IMG/VR virus record: IMGVR_UViG_3300029612_000018
Length of the DNA: 41,036 nt
DNA from: a virus
Reading direction: 5' to 3' (one strand)
Each line of letters begins with the position of its first letter. Positions within the stretch are counted from its first letter, which is position 1. Positions 33,398-40,562 of this stretch are shown here, piece after piece. The position numbers and the translations under genes are program-made. The notes below the pieces were generated by a model, which saw nothing but the letters and a program-made list of their open reading frames with translations, was not told where the DNA came from and searched no databases.

Positions 33398-33403
33398 CAA
33401 AAG

Positions 33404-33421
33404 TCGATACCAGATTACAGG
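33404..33421 (+). repeat. degenerate 18-mer copy 5 (TCGATACCAGATTACAGG)
   Basis: 16 of 18 bases match. Followed by AATAAATAATGAAAGGGTGAGAAGA and the ATG at 33447, 25 nt after the 18-mer. Confidence 0.75.
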
Positions 33422-33446
33422 AATAAATAATGAAAGGGTGAGAAGA

Positions 33447-33698
33447 ATGCCAAGAAAATTAGCTAAGCCCGAGGACCAAATGAAAAGACAGTTGATTGCC
33501 AATATACAGTATGAGGCAGAAATCAGGAGTATTGACCGTGAAGGACAGGCTCTTGTGGCACATTGCTCTGAGGGCACCTACAGAAAAAGAATTAAAGATC
33601 CGGGTACTTTTACGGTGGAAGAATTATCAAGGCTTGCCAACAAATTTGGCATACCTATTCAAAACCTTTTCAAGGTGAGGGTGGTAGCTGATGAATGA
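33447..33698 (+). CDS. hypothetical protein with a possible HTH (83 aa)
   Basis: ATG 33447 behind AGGGTGAG. Segment FTVEELSRLANKFGIPIQNLF. Confidence 0.5.
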   Translation: MPRKLAKPEDQMKRQLIANIQYEAEIRSIDREGQALVAHCSEGTYRKRIKDPGTFTVEELSRLANKFGIPIQNLFKVRVVADE

Positions 33699-34404
33699 CA
33701 AAACACTTGACGAACTCAATGACATGGCCAAAAGGTGGATTGACGGAGAGATAAATCATCTTGAAGTTGTGTCTTTGAAATTGTTTGACCGTTTGTTGGT
33801 GCTGGAGCTTGCTAACGCATACAGTATGTGCAAGGTCGGTTTGTTATCAGAGAAGTACACTGCCGCATATAAATTAAAATTCTTTCAGGAGTATCGTGAA
33901 CTGAAGCTCAAGACAGAACATTTGCTGGTCCAACAGGAACAGCAGATTGACTCCGTGAGGAGTGCAAGTGTAACTCTTTCGGAAGTCTGCAAGGAATACG
34001 GTAAAGATGAGGTTGACCTCGTTAAACTGTGCGAGTTGCAGGCAAAGGCAATTGATGAGCTGACACATGAGAATGTACATATCAAGCTGTGGAACTCGGT
34101 CAGAGCATACAAAAAGCCGAAAGAATACGCGAGGCGGCATATGAATAAGATTATCGATGAGCTTATTGACAGGTTCGGCAGTAAAGTACCGTTTGAGCAG
34201 GTTGTTATGTCGTATCTCAACACTTGCCTTAAAGACAACCGCAGAGAGATGTGGGAACAATTGACAGGCGATGACTATCCTACGAAGGTAAGACAGCAGT
34301 TGCCGGTTAAAGACGGTAATGCAAAGGGCGAGCTTGAATCAATGAAGAAACATTACGGTGTGAGAACAGGGAAAAAAGTTGTAAAGGAGAGTGTCGAAAA
34401 ATGA
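33691..34404 (+). CDS. hypothetical protein
   Basis: 237-aa ORF with RBS AAGGTGAGGGTGG, overlapping the upstream stop. Confidence 0.6.
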   Translation: MNDKTLDELNDMAKRWIDGEINHLEVVSLKLFDRLLVLELANAYSMCKVGLLSEKYTAAYKLKFFQEYRELKLKTEHLLVQQEQQIDSVRSASVTLSEVCKEYGKDEVDLVKLCELQAKAIDELTHENVHIKLWNSVRAYKKPKEYARRHMNKIIDELIDRFGSKVPFEQVVMSYLNTCLKDNRREMWEQLTGDDYPTKVRQQLPVKDGNAKGELESMKKHYGVRTGKKVVKESVEK

Positions 34405-34688
34405 TTTTTGTATCAAGAAAGAAATACAAGCGTTGCAAGAGACAGCTTGAAGATGTGCAAGTAAGATTAGCTTCAACAAAAATTGAACTTATTGACGCAC
34501 ATAACGATGTCAGATATTTAAGAGACAGAATTGTTAGAGCTTTCAATGGCTTTAATGAACTTTGTGAAAAGAACAATTTGCCTTTGCCGTTTGATTTGAA
34601 ACTGATTGAAGAAAGTCTCGCAGATAAAGGGCATATCGAAATTGAAGAAACAGCAGAGGATTATATTTGTGCAAGCTATAAGGAGTAA
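34401..34688 (+). CDS. hypothetical coiled-coil protein
   Basis: 95-aa ORF with an ATGA overlap with the upstream gene. Confidence 0.55.
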   Translation: MIFVSRKKYKRCKRQLEDVQVRLASTKIELIDAHNDVRYLRDRIVRAFNGFNELCEKNNLPLPFDLKLIEESLADKGHIEIEETAEDYICASYKE

Positions 34689-34691
34689 AAA

Positions 34692-34928
34692 ATGATTTTC
34701 AGAAATTGGAAGAGCAAGGGAGAGTACAAAGCTAATTGTGCTAAGCAGGAACAAGACATCAACAGACTTAATGAAAGAATTGATGACTCAGAAAATGTTG
34801 AAGCTATCCAGCTCGGAATTATTGACCGACTCAAAGCGGAGAACAACGAACTCAGAGCCGAAATTGAGAGGCTCAAAACGGAAAATCTGACACAGGGCTT
34901 TGAGTGTGTCGGAGTATCGGCTATTTGA
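34692..34928 (+). CDS. hypothetical coiled-coil protein
   Basis: 78-aa ORF with RBS AAGGAG. Confidence 0.55.
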   Translation: MIFRNWKSKGEYKANCAKQEQDINRLNERIDDSENVEAIQLGIIDRLKAENNELRAEIERLKTENLTQGFECVGVSAI

Positions 34929-34949
34929 TTGTAAGGAGAATGGAAGTAA

Positions 34950-35171
34950 ATGAAAATGAGAGTCTATAAGTGTGATAGCTGTAACAAAGTTATCACAGAT
35001 CCGTACACAGTTAACATGAGGGAATTCTATTTAGGGTTTGATGCTGATTGACTTGGCCTTATCGGGATTGCAATTCCTTTTGAATGCAAGAGAAAAATAA
35101 AAATACATCTATGTGATGATTGTTTCAAAGGCTTGCATGTTATTGCCGAAAGAAAGAAGCGTGAAAAGTAA
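34950..35171 (+). pseudogene. zinc-ribbon-like small ORF interrupted by one in-frame TGA (35049-35051); pseudogene or read-through candidate
   Basis: MKMRVYKCDSCNKVITDPYTVNMREFYLGFDAD-TGA-LGLIGIAIPFECKRKIKIHLCDDCFKGLHVIAERKKREK. The two CxxC pairs lie on opposite sides of the stop. The frame ends at a TAATG overlap with the ParB-like gene. Confidence 0.5.
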
Positions 35172-36502
35172 TGGAAAGAAAACCGACATTGACTACGATT
35201 GCAATCGAAAAACTGCATCCACATCCTGACAACCCTCGTAAGGTTATCGGGGACATTGATGAGCTTGCTGACAGCATTAAGGCAAACGGCATTCTCCAAA
35301 ACCTCACGGTTGTGCCGATGAATGACGATTGGACGGAGTTTACTGTTATCATCGGACACAGAAGATTAGCAGCGGCAAAGCAGGCAGGATTAACTGAACT
35401 TCCGTGCGCTGTTGTCGAGATGACTGAAAAGGAACAGTTATCTACAATGTTGACTGAAAATATGCAGCGGTCAGATTTGACAGTTTATGAGCAGGCAAAA
35501 GGATTTCAGATGTTGATTGACCTCGGGGACAGCGTTGCCGAGGTGGTAGAGAAAACAGGCTTTAAAGAAAGCACCGTAAGAAGGAGACTCAAACTTGCAG
35601 AACTTGATGAAGAATCCTTCAAGGACAGCCAGCTCAGACAACCCACATTGGCAGACTACGAGCGTCTGAATCAGATTAAGGATATTGATGTAAGGAATGA
35701 ATTACTTAAATCAATCGGTACTAATAACTTTGATAATCGACTTTATTCAGCCGTGCAAAAGCAGAAAACAGATGAAGAAAAAGAAAAAATTGAAAAGCTC
35801 TGTCTTGAACATGGAATGATTAAAGCGCAGAAACATGACGAAATTCCAAGCAATTACGAATATACGGGATTTTTTGCGTTCAAAGATTTGATTGGTAAAG
35901 ACTTTGCGGACGGCAGGAAAAGATATTTTTATTTTGGTTACGGCTCAAACATCTACATTTACGCAGAAGCATTAGAAAAGCAGGAAAAGAACGATGCCGA
36001 AGAAGAAAAGCGAAAGCTTGAAGAGCAGAGATGGGACGAGCTTGTTGAACAGGCGGAAGAAATAGACGAACGCTGTGAGGCCCTCAGAAGAGACTTTATG
36101 CTTAATACGAATTTCAATGACAGCAACAAGAAGCAGGAGCTTGTGAAGTTTATTGTAGCCCAAGTGGCGGCAGGAGCCAGTAACAAAAAATATCGTTTTG
36201 AAGAAATTATCGAACACGACTTTGAAGATGATGAAAACATAGATAGCTACATCAACGAACATTGGAACAATGACAGCGGCAGAATGCTAATGGCGACGGC
36301 ATACGCTTTGAGCCAGAGGATTTACGGTTCGTTCGATTATATCAGTGTAAATTATTCGGACAAGACATTCAGCCGAAAAAACAACCCGGAATTAAACAAA
36401 TTTTATGCCTTACTCTGCAAACTCGGCTATGTGCTGAGTGATGAAGAAATTCAGCTCCGTGACGGCACACATCCGATTTTTACAACAGGTGAAGTAAAAT
36501 AA
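35171..36502 (+). CDS. ParB/Srx N-terminal (ParB-like nuclease) domain protein
   Basis: 443 aa. LHPHPDNPRK...IKANGILQNLTVVP...IIGHRRLAAAKQAGL...LTENMQRSDLTVYEQA are ParB N-domain signatures. Confidence 0.8.
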   Translation: MERKPTLTTIAIEKLHPHPDNPRKVIGDIDELADSIKANGILQNLTVVPMNDDWTEFTVIIGHRRLAAAKQAGLTELPCAVVEMTEKEQLSTMLTENMQRSDLTVYEQAKGFQMLIDLGDSVAEVVEKTGFKESTVRRRLKLAELDEESFKDSQLRQPTLADYERLNQIKDIDVRNELLKSIGTNNFDNRLYSAVQKQKTDEEKEKIEKLCLEHGMIKAQKHDEIPSNYEYTGFFAFKDLIGKDFADGRKRYFYFGYGSNIYIYAEALEKQEKNDAEEEKRKLEEQRWDELVEQAEEIDERCEALRRDFMLNTNFNDSNKKQELVKFIVAQVAAGASNKKYRFEEIIEHDFEDDENIDSYINEHWNNDSGRMLMATAYALSQRIYGSFDYISVNYSDKTFSRKNNPELNKFYALLCKLGYVLSDEEIQLRDGTHPIFTTGEVK

Positions 36503-36597
36503 ACTAAATAAGTTAATCACGCTCTGCACAGCGAGATTATATATATCTCATTTTATACCTATACCTACTTTTCTGAATATTACCATTTTACAAATAT

Positions 36598-36621
36598 CTC
36601 AGACAGGTGCAGCTGTCTGAG
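36598..36621 (+). other. perfect 9-bp stem hairpin in the intergenic region
   Basis: CTCAGACAG(GTGCAG)CTGTCTGAG. It is followed only by a weak T-run (CTGACTTTT). Confidence 0.5.
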
Positions 36622-36647
36622 CTGACTTTTAAACGAGGAGAATAGTC

Positions 36648-37046
36648 ATGAGAGAATATTTATTCAGAGGTAAGATGATAGCTAACGGTAAGTGGTCAGA
36701 GGGCAATTTGCTTGTTACTAAACAAGGTTGCTGTATAACACCCGATGCAACCGTTTTAGGCAGCTATGGTGCAGTAGATCCAGAAACAGTTGGGCAGTAC
36801 ACGGGTATGGTTGATAAGCACGGCACAAAAATTTTTGAAGGAGATATCATTGATTTTTCTGACCGTTCAGACGGTGACGGCTACGGAGTTGTTCGGTACG
36901 ATGCCGAAGAAACAATTTTCGAGTTTGAGTATGATAACTTCTGCGAGGATTTAGGGCGGCGTTATTGGCCTGAAAACGTTGAAGTTGTAGGCAATATCTA
37001 CGATAATCCCGAACTTTTAGGAGATGAAAATAATGGCAAAAAATGA
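36648..37046 (+). CDS. YopX-family protein
   Basis: 132 aa. FRGK...GKW..G...TVGQYTGMVDKHGTKIFEGDII...VVGNIYDNPELL is the YopX pattern. Confidence 0.85.
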   Translation: MREYLFRGKMIANGKWSEGNLLVTKQGCCITPDATVLGSYGAVDPETVGQYTGMVDKHGTKIFEGDIIDFSDRSDGDGYGVVRYDAEETIFEFEYDNFCEDLGRRYWPENVEVVGNIYDNPELLGDENNGKK

Positions 37047-37905
37047 GGAAGAGAATACAGGGTACATTACTCAATCTACTCGTCATTCTATGCTTGTATC
37101 ATTGAGCCGTGAAATCAATGTGATTTCAGACGAAAACGCAGTGTTATACGACACAATAATCGAATTGTGCAAAAAGTTCTTTCCTGAAAAAAACAATCAA
37201 AAATTTTGCGCTCAATGTAAGATTATGGAGAAAGGAGCTTATGCACCTAATCCTATTGATGATCCAACCACACCCTACATAGAATCTCACATACTGAGAT
37301 TAGAAATGCTTGCAACCGGAAATATGGAGCTAAAAGACCAAATTGTTAAAATGTGCCGGCTGTTACTTGAGGAGAAAGACAATGACAAAGGCAATGACAG
37401 AAGTAAAACTTTGTTTACAATATTTGACACTCCCGAAAATGCCCCGAAACTGTGGAACAGAAGAACATATTGCTATCAAGCCGAAAGAGCCGTACAGGAT
37501 ATGACTGCCGAAAAAGCAATTGAAGTGTTGAATAAAATCGGCGAAGAAACAAACATTGAAGATACACTAAAAAATTTGAGCAATTCCAATATATTTACCG
37601 CTCTTAAACTTGCCGTCCATGCTCTTGAAAAGCAAGTGGCAAAAAAACTTAAAGAAGTGATACGCACAAGTAGCAATAAAAAGAGCAGAGTAAAAGCGTT
37701 TGAACATAATTATAACCACCAGAATTGGCAAGATCAGGTGCCGATACCCGAGTACAAAGAATGGCAATGGACTGACTATCAATGCCCCATTTGCAACGCC
37801 CTCATCAAAGAGGGCAGACCTGAATTTTGCTGGCGCTGCGGACAGGCTTTTGACTGGTCAGATGAAACGGAGAGTGAAAATAATGAAAAAAGGGACAACA
37901 GTTGA
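37033..37905 (+). CDS. hypothetical protein with a C-terminal zinc ribbon
   Basis: About 290 aa from ATG 37033 (RBS AGGAG at 37019-37023; the ORF track starts at 37024). C-terminal CPICN...CWRCG. Confidence 0.6.
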   Translation: MAKNEEENTGYITQSTRHSMLVSLSREINVISDENAVLYDTIIELCKKFFPEKNNQKFCAQCKIMEKGAYAPNPIDDPTTPYIESHILRLEMLATGNMELKDQIVKMCRLLLEEKDNDKGNDRSKTLFTIFDTPENAPKLWNRRTYCYQAERAVQDMTAEKAIEVLNKIGEETNIEDTLKNLSNSNIFTALKLAVHALEKQVAKKLKEVIRTSSNKKSRVKAFEHNYNHQNWQDQVPIPEYKEWQWTDYQCPICNALIKEGRPEFCWRCGQAFDWSDETESENNEKRDNS

Positions 37906-38131
37906 AAGTGGATATGATGTCGAGGGACGCTGGCATTTGAAGCTCAGAAAAGCCAAAGGCAAGTTTACGCTCGACGAAATAATTGAAGCGGCGAAAGAAT
38001 GGGAAGAAGATTACTACGCCGTGATAATTAAAGCAATGAGCGACGAGACAGCACAGTATTACGATGATGACCTTGAGGGGGATTACGTGACGCTATATCG
38101 TGCCACGGATTTTATAAGTAAAGAGGTGTAA
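37883..38131 (+). CDS. hypothetical protein (82 aa)
   Basis: ATG 37883 behind GGAGAG, overlapping the upstream gene end. The ORF-track frame extends upstream to 37700 but has no RBS there. Confidence 0.5.
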   Translation: MKKGTTVESGYDVEGRWHLKLRKAKGKFTLDEIIEAAKEWEEDYYAVIIKAMSDETAQYYDDDLEGDYVTLYRATDFISKEV

Positions 38132-38136
38132 AAATA

Positions 38137-38289
38137 ATGTATCACGGCATCAAATATAAAGGCTTACGCTATAAGCTTTTTTCTTTCCGTTGGAAACGAA
38201 AAAATCGCAATTGGAAGGATTGCCCGAAGAAGCGCAAGGCAATGAAAAAGGATTGGGAAATGAAGGTGAAAAATAATGGTAAAAAATAG
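38137..38289 (+). CDS. small, very basic protein (50 aa)
   Basis: Read manually: MYHGIKYKGLRYKLFSFRWKRKNRNWKDCPKKRK... RBS AAGAGGTG. Confidence 0.4.
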   Translation: MYHGIKYKGLRYKLFSFRWKRKNRNWKDCPKKRKAMKKDWEMKVKNNGKK

Positions 38290-38449
38290 GAAGAAGGATA
38301 ACATTGACCTTATTTGCGAGGAGTTAACGAAATACAATGAACAACACGGAACATCGTACAGCTACGGCGAATATACAGCACTCGTCGGAATGGGAAAAAT
38401 CAAAAGTAAGCACCGAAACAAAAGAGACATTGACCTGCCGCTCTTGTAA
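38276..38449 (+). CDS. small hypothetical protein (57 aa)
   Basis: ATG 38276 behind AAGGTG. Reads MVKNRKKDNIDLICEELTKYNEQHGTSYSYGEYTALVGMGKI... It competes with the ORF-track frame 38337..38531. Confidence 0.4.
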   Translation: MVKNRKKDNIDLICEELTKYNEQHGTSYSYGEYTALVGMGKIKSKHRNKRDIDLPLL

Positions 38450-38537
38450 GGAATGCCGAGGGTACAAGTTTTGTGCAAGCAGAAGCAGGGATTATCCTTG
38501 CCTGTGTTTTACAGCTAAAAATGAAAGGTGACTACAT

Positions 38538-38912
38538 ATGAGAAGAGCAGATAAAGAATTTTTAAAAAGTCAGATAGAAAATTTAAAAGAATCCGCACAC
38601 GAGCGTTTTGCGACAGTACTTATGCAGATTGATTATCTTAATCTTAAATTATTCAGAGCTGAAAAAGGCTGCAAAAAGCTCAGGGAAGAAAACAGAAGAT
38701 TAAGAGCAGAAAATCAGATGCTCGAGGACAACATGGGGAATCTTTTGTGTACAAGAGAGGAAGAAATGAAGTACAACAGAGTGCTGAATGAAAACATCAC
38801 AAAGCTGGCTGAGGTCAACGCACTTATGGCAGGTAAGCTCTCGGTGTATGAGCCTATTAAGAAGGCTGAATCTCAGCCCGATGAGACGGCTGACACAGCG
38901 GCAGAAGAATAA
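38538..38912 (+). CDS. hypothetical coiled-coil protein
   Basis: 124-aa ORF with heptad-like, Leu/Glu/Arg-rich sequence. Confidence 0.55.
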   Translation: MRRADKEFLKSQIENLKESAHERFATVLMQIDYLNLKLFRAEKGCKKLREENRRLRAENQMLEDNMGNLLCTREEEMKYNRVLNENITKLAEVNALMAGKLSVYEPIKKAESQPDETADTAAEE

Positions 38913-38985
38913 TTAAGGCAACACCCTTGCTGCGTGCAAAATCCAATTTTAAAATCAAGAAATCAAACAATTTCCATATTCAAAA

Positions 38986-39024
38986 CTAAAATCAAAAAGC
39001 AATGACTTCTTTTTTTGATTTTAG
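38986..39024. other. AT-rich 13-bp perfect hairpin upstream of the Rep-like gene (terminator or origin element)
   Basis: CTAAAATCAAAAA(13-nt loop)TTTTTGATTTTAG. Confidence 0.5.
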
Positions 39025-39109
39025 CTGTTACAAGAAGAGCCGAGGTAACGGTTCGACATATTGCAATAAAATAAGAACACACAATTGCATAGTGGCAAGG
39101 TTTGCAAAA

Positions 39110-39142
39110 AGCAGTAGCTCAATGGTCAGATGGGCTACTGCT
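39110..39142. other. 9-bp stem, 15-nt loop hairpin upstream of the Rep-like gene (candidate nick-site hairpin)
   Basis: AGCAGTAGC(TCAATGGTCAGATGG)GCTACTGCT. Confidence 0.45.
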
Positions 39143-39288
39143 TAGTTATATCTTTCAGTATTAATATTCTAAAGCAGAATAATAATCAGTCATAATTGAG
39201 GGAGCTGAAATGCTCCTTTAATATCCTGCTCAAATGATTATTTAAGTCGGGAAAACAGGAAAAATATACTATAATAAAAGGTTATGCT

Positions 39289-40041
39289 ATGTACACATAT
39301 CGAAGAACAATCAAAAGCGGAGATATGATTGAGGTTGAATACTATCAATCAATCCGAAAAATCGGAAAAAACTACGGCGGAAGGAAATCAAATAATTCTT
39401 TAAGTCCTGCCAAGATGAGAAAAGCAAACAAGCTCCGTGCAGTCAAGCATATGCAGAGGCTTATAAATGCAAACTTTGGGAGCGGTGATTTTTTCTGTCG
39501 CTTTTCTGCGCCGTATGGAACATATGAAACAGAAGAAGAGTTTCGCAAAGAGGTAGGCAAGTGGCTTTACAGAATAAATTACCGCCTGAAAAAGCAGGGC
39601 AAGGGCCGATTAAAGTACATAGCGTTTATTGAATGCGGTAAGTCGGGCAAGAATTGGCATATCCACATTATCGTAAGCAAAGAGGACAGGGAACTGCTGT
39701 CTGAACAATGGCCATATGAAAACGGTCAGAACTTTACTCCGCTATATAAGAACGAGAATTTCAAGAAATTGGCTGAGTACATAACAAAAGATTTGACAGG
39801 TAAAGATGAGATTGATGCCGCACAAAAGCGAATGATGACAAGCCGAAATCTTAAAAAGCCTGAATCGGTTACAAGAAAGGCAAAAAGAAAAGAGATCAGA
39901 GCACTTGAACGTGGCGAAATGATTGAAGCGCCCGAAGGTCATTATCTCATTGAGGACGATTACTCAATGAACTACTCTGTCATAGGCGGTGCAAAATGGT
40001 ATTTTTGTTTTTTGCCGATTACGCAGAGGCGGAAATGGTAA
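39289..40041 (+). CDS. HUH-type rolling-circle replication initiator-like protein (pC194/pUB110 Rep_1-like motifs)
   Basis: 250 aa. Motif order is FFCRFSAPY, then LKYIAFIECGKSGKNWHIHIIV (the HUH motif), then LAEYITKD (catalytic Tyr-x-x-K-D type). Confidence 0.6.
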   Translation: MYTYRRTIKSGDMIEVEYYQSIRKIGKNYGGRKSNNSLSPAKMRKANKLRAVKHMQRLINANFGSGDFFCRFSAPYGTYETEEEFRKEVGKWLYRINYRLKKQGKGRLKYIAFIECGKSGKNWHIHIIVSKEDRELLSEQWPYENGQNFTPLYKNENFKKLAEYITKDLTGKDEIDAAQKRMMTSRNLKKPESVTRKAKRKEIRALERGEMIEAPEGHYLIEDDYSMNYSVIGGAKWYFCFLPITQRRKW

Positions 40042-40139
40042 ATAATGGTAAATTCAGACCGTGCGATGTACGGTCTTTTGGGGTTGCACAAAAATGAAGT
40101 ATGCAGCGGAATAGATACAAAATCAAAGGAGAGATAAAT

Positions 40140-40343
40140 TTGAAAGAAAACAAAGCCAAATGTCCGTTCTATTCTTACGATAGCCAAAGTAAGATTTGCT
40201 GTTTCGGGGCAGTTCTCAAAAGTAAGAGCACAACGCTGTTTTTTGATTCGCCGCAAGACAAGGAAAATCACTTCAACGATTTTTGCGGTAGCTATTGTTG
40301 GAGGAGCTGTCCGCTTGCTCAGACGATCAGCAAAGATTTGTAA
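40140..40343 (+). CDS. small Cys-rich protein upstream of terS
   Basis: About 67 aa from TTG 40140 behind AAAGGAGAG (the ORF track starts at ATG 40101). Cys pattern: CPFY...CC...C..YCW..CP. Confidence 0.5.
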   Translation: MKENKAKCPFYSYDSQSKICCFGAVLKSKSTTLFFDSPQDKENHFNDFCGSYCWRSCPLAQTISKDL

Positions 40344-40408
40344 AACATCAATCTTTTAAAAACATAATATGCAAAAATTTTAAATCAATTCAAAAATTTT
40401 ACTTCTGT

Positions 40409-40441
40409 CACGGTTTTGCCTTTCGGTGAAACCGTGTTTTT
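40409..40441 (+). terminator. rho-independent terminator at the end of the early region
   Basis: CACGGTTT...AAACCGTG stem followed by TTTTT. Confidence 0.7.
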
Positions 40442-40489
40442 GCATACCAATATTAGGCACGAAAAAAAGTGTACAAATTTGGTATTAAA

Positions 40490-40526
40490 GTTTTAACTTT
40501 TTTGCGTGAAAGAAAAAAGCTAAAAT
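40490..40526 (+). promoter_or_regulatory. candidate late promoter, copy 1 of 3 (upstream of terS)
   Basis: GTTTTAACTTTTTTG at 40490-40504, then TAAAAT at 40521-40526, 22 nt after TTAACT. Confidence 0.6.
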
Positions 40527-40562
40527 TAAGACACGAAACATGTACAAAAAGGCGGTGAGTTT

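Noticed and set aside
28928-33421. The dispersed 18-mer copies as a CRISPR array or replication iterons
   Set aside because: Spacing is irregular, from hundreds to more than a thousand bp. Each copy sits in a 5' leader co-oriented with a gene, one copy is on the opposite strand, and there are no cas genes. This is not the clustered tandem layout of CRISPR repeats or iterons.
38337-38531. 64-aa Cys-containing ORF from the ORF track
   Set aside because: It overlaps the 38276-38449 frame, which has a better RBS and a more protein-like sequence. I could not decide firmly, so it is kept only as an alternative. Comparative data are needed.
38941-38960. AAATCCAATT near 38941 as a further integrase arm-type site
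   Set aside because: It matches only 8 nt of the 22-mer, lies far from attP, and is probably a chance match in an AT-rich region.
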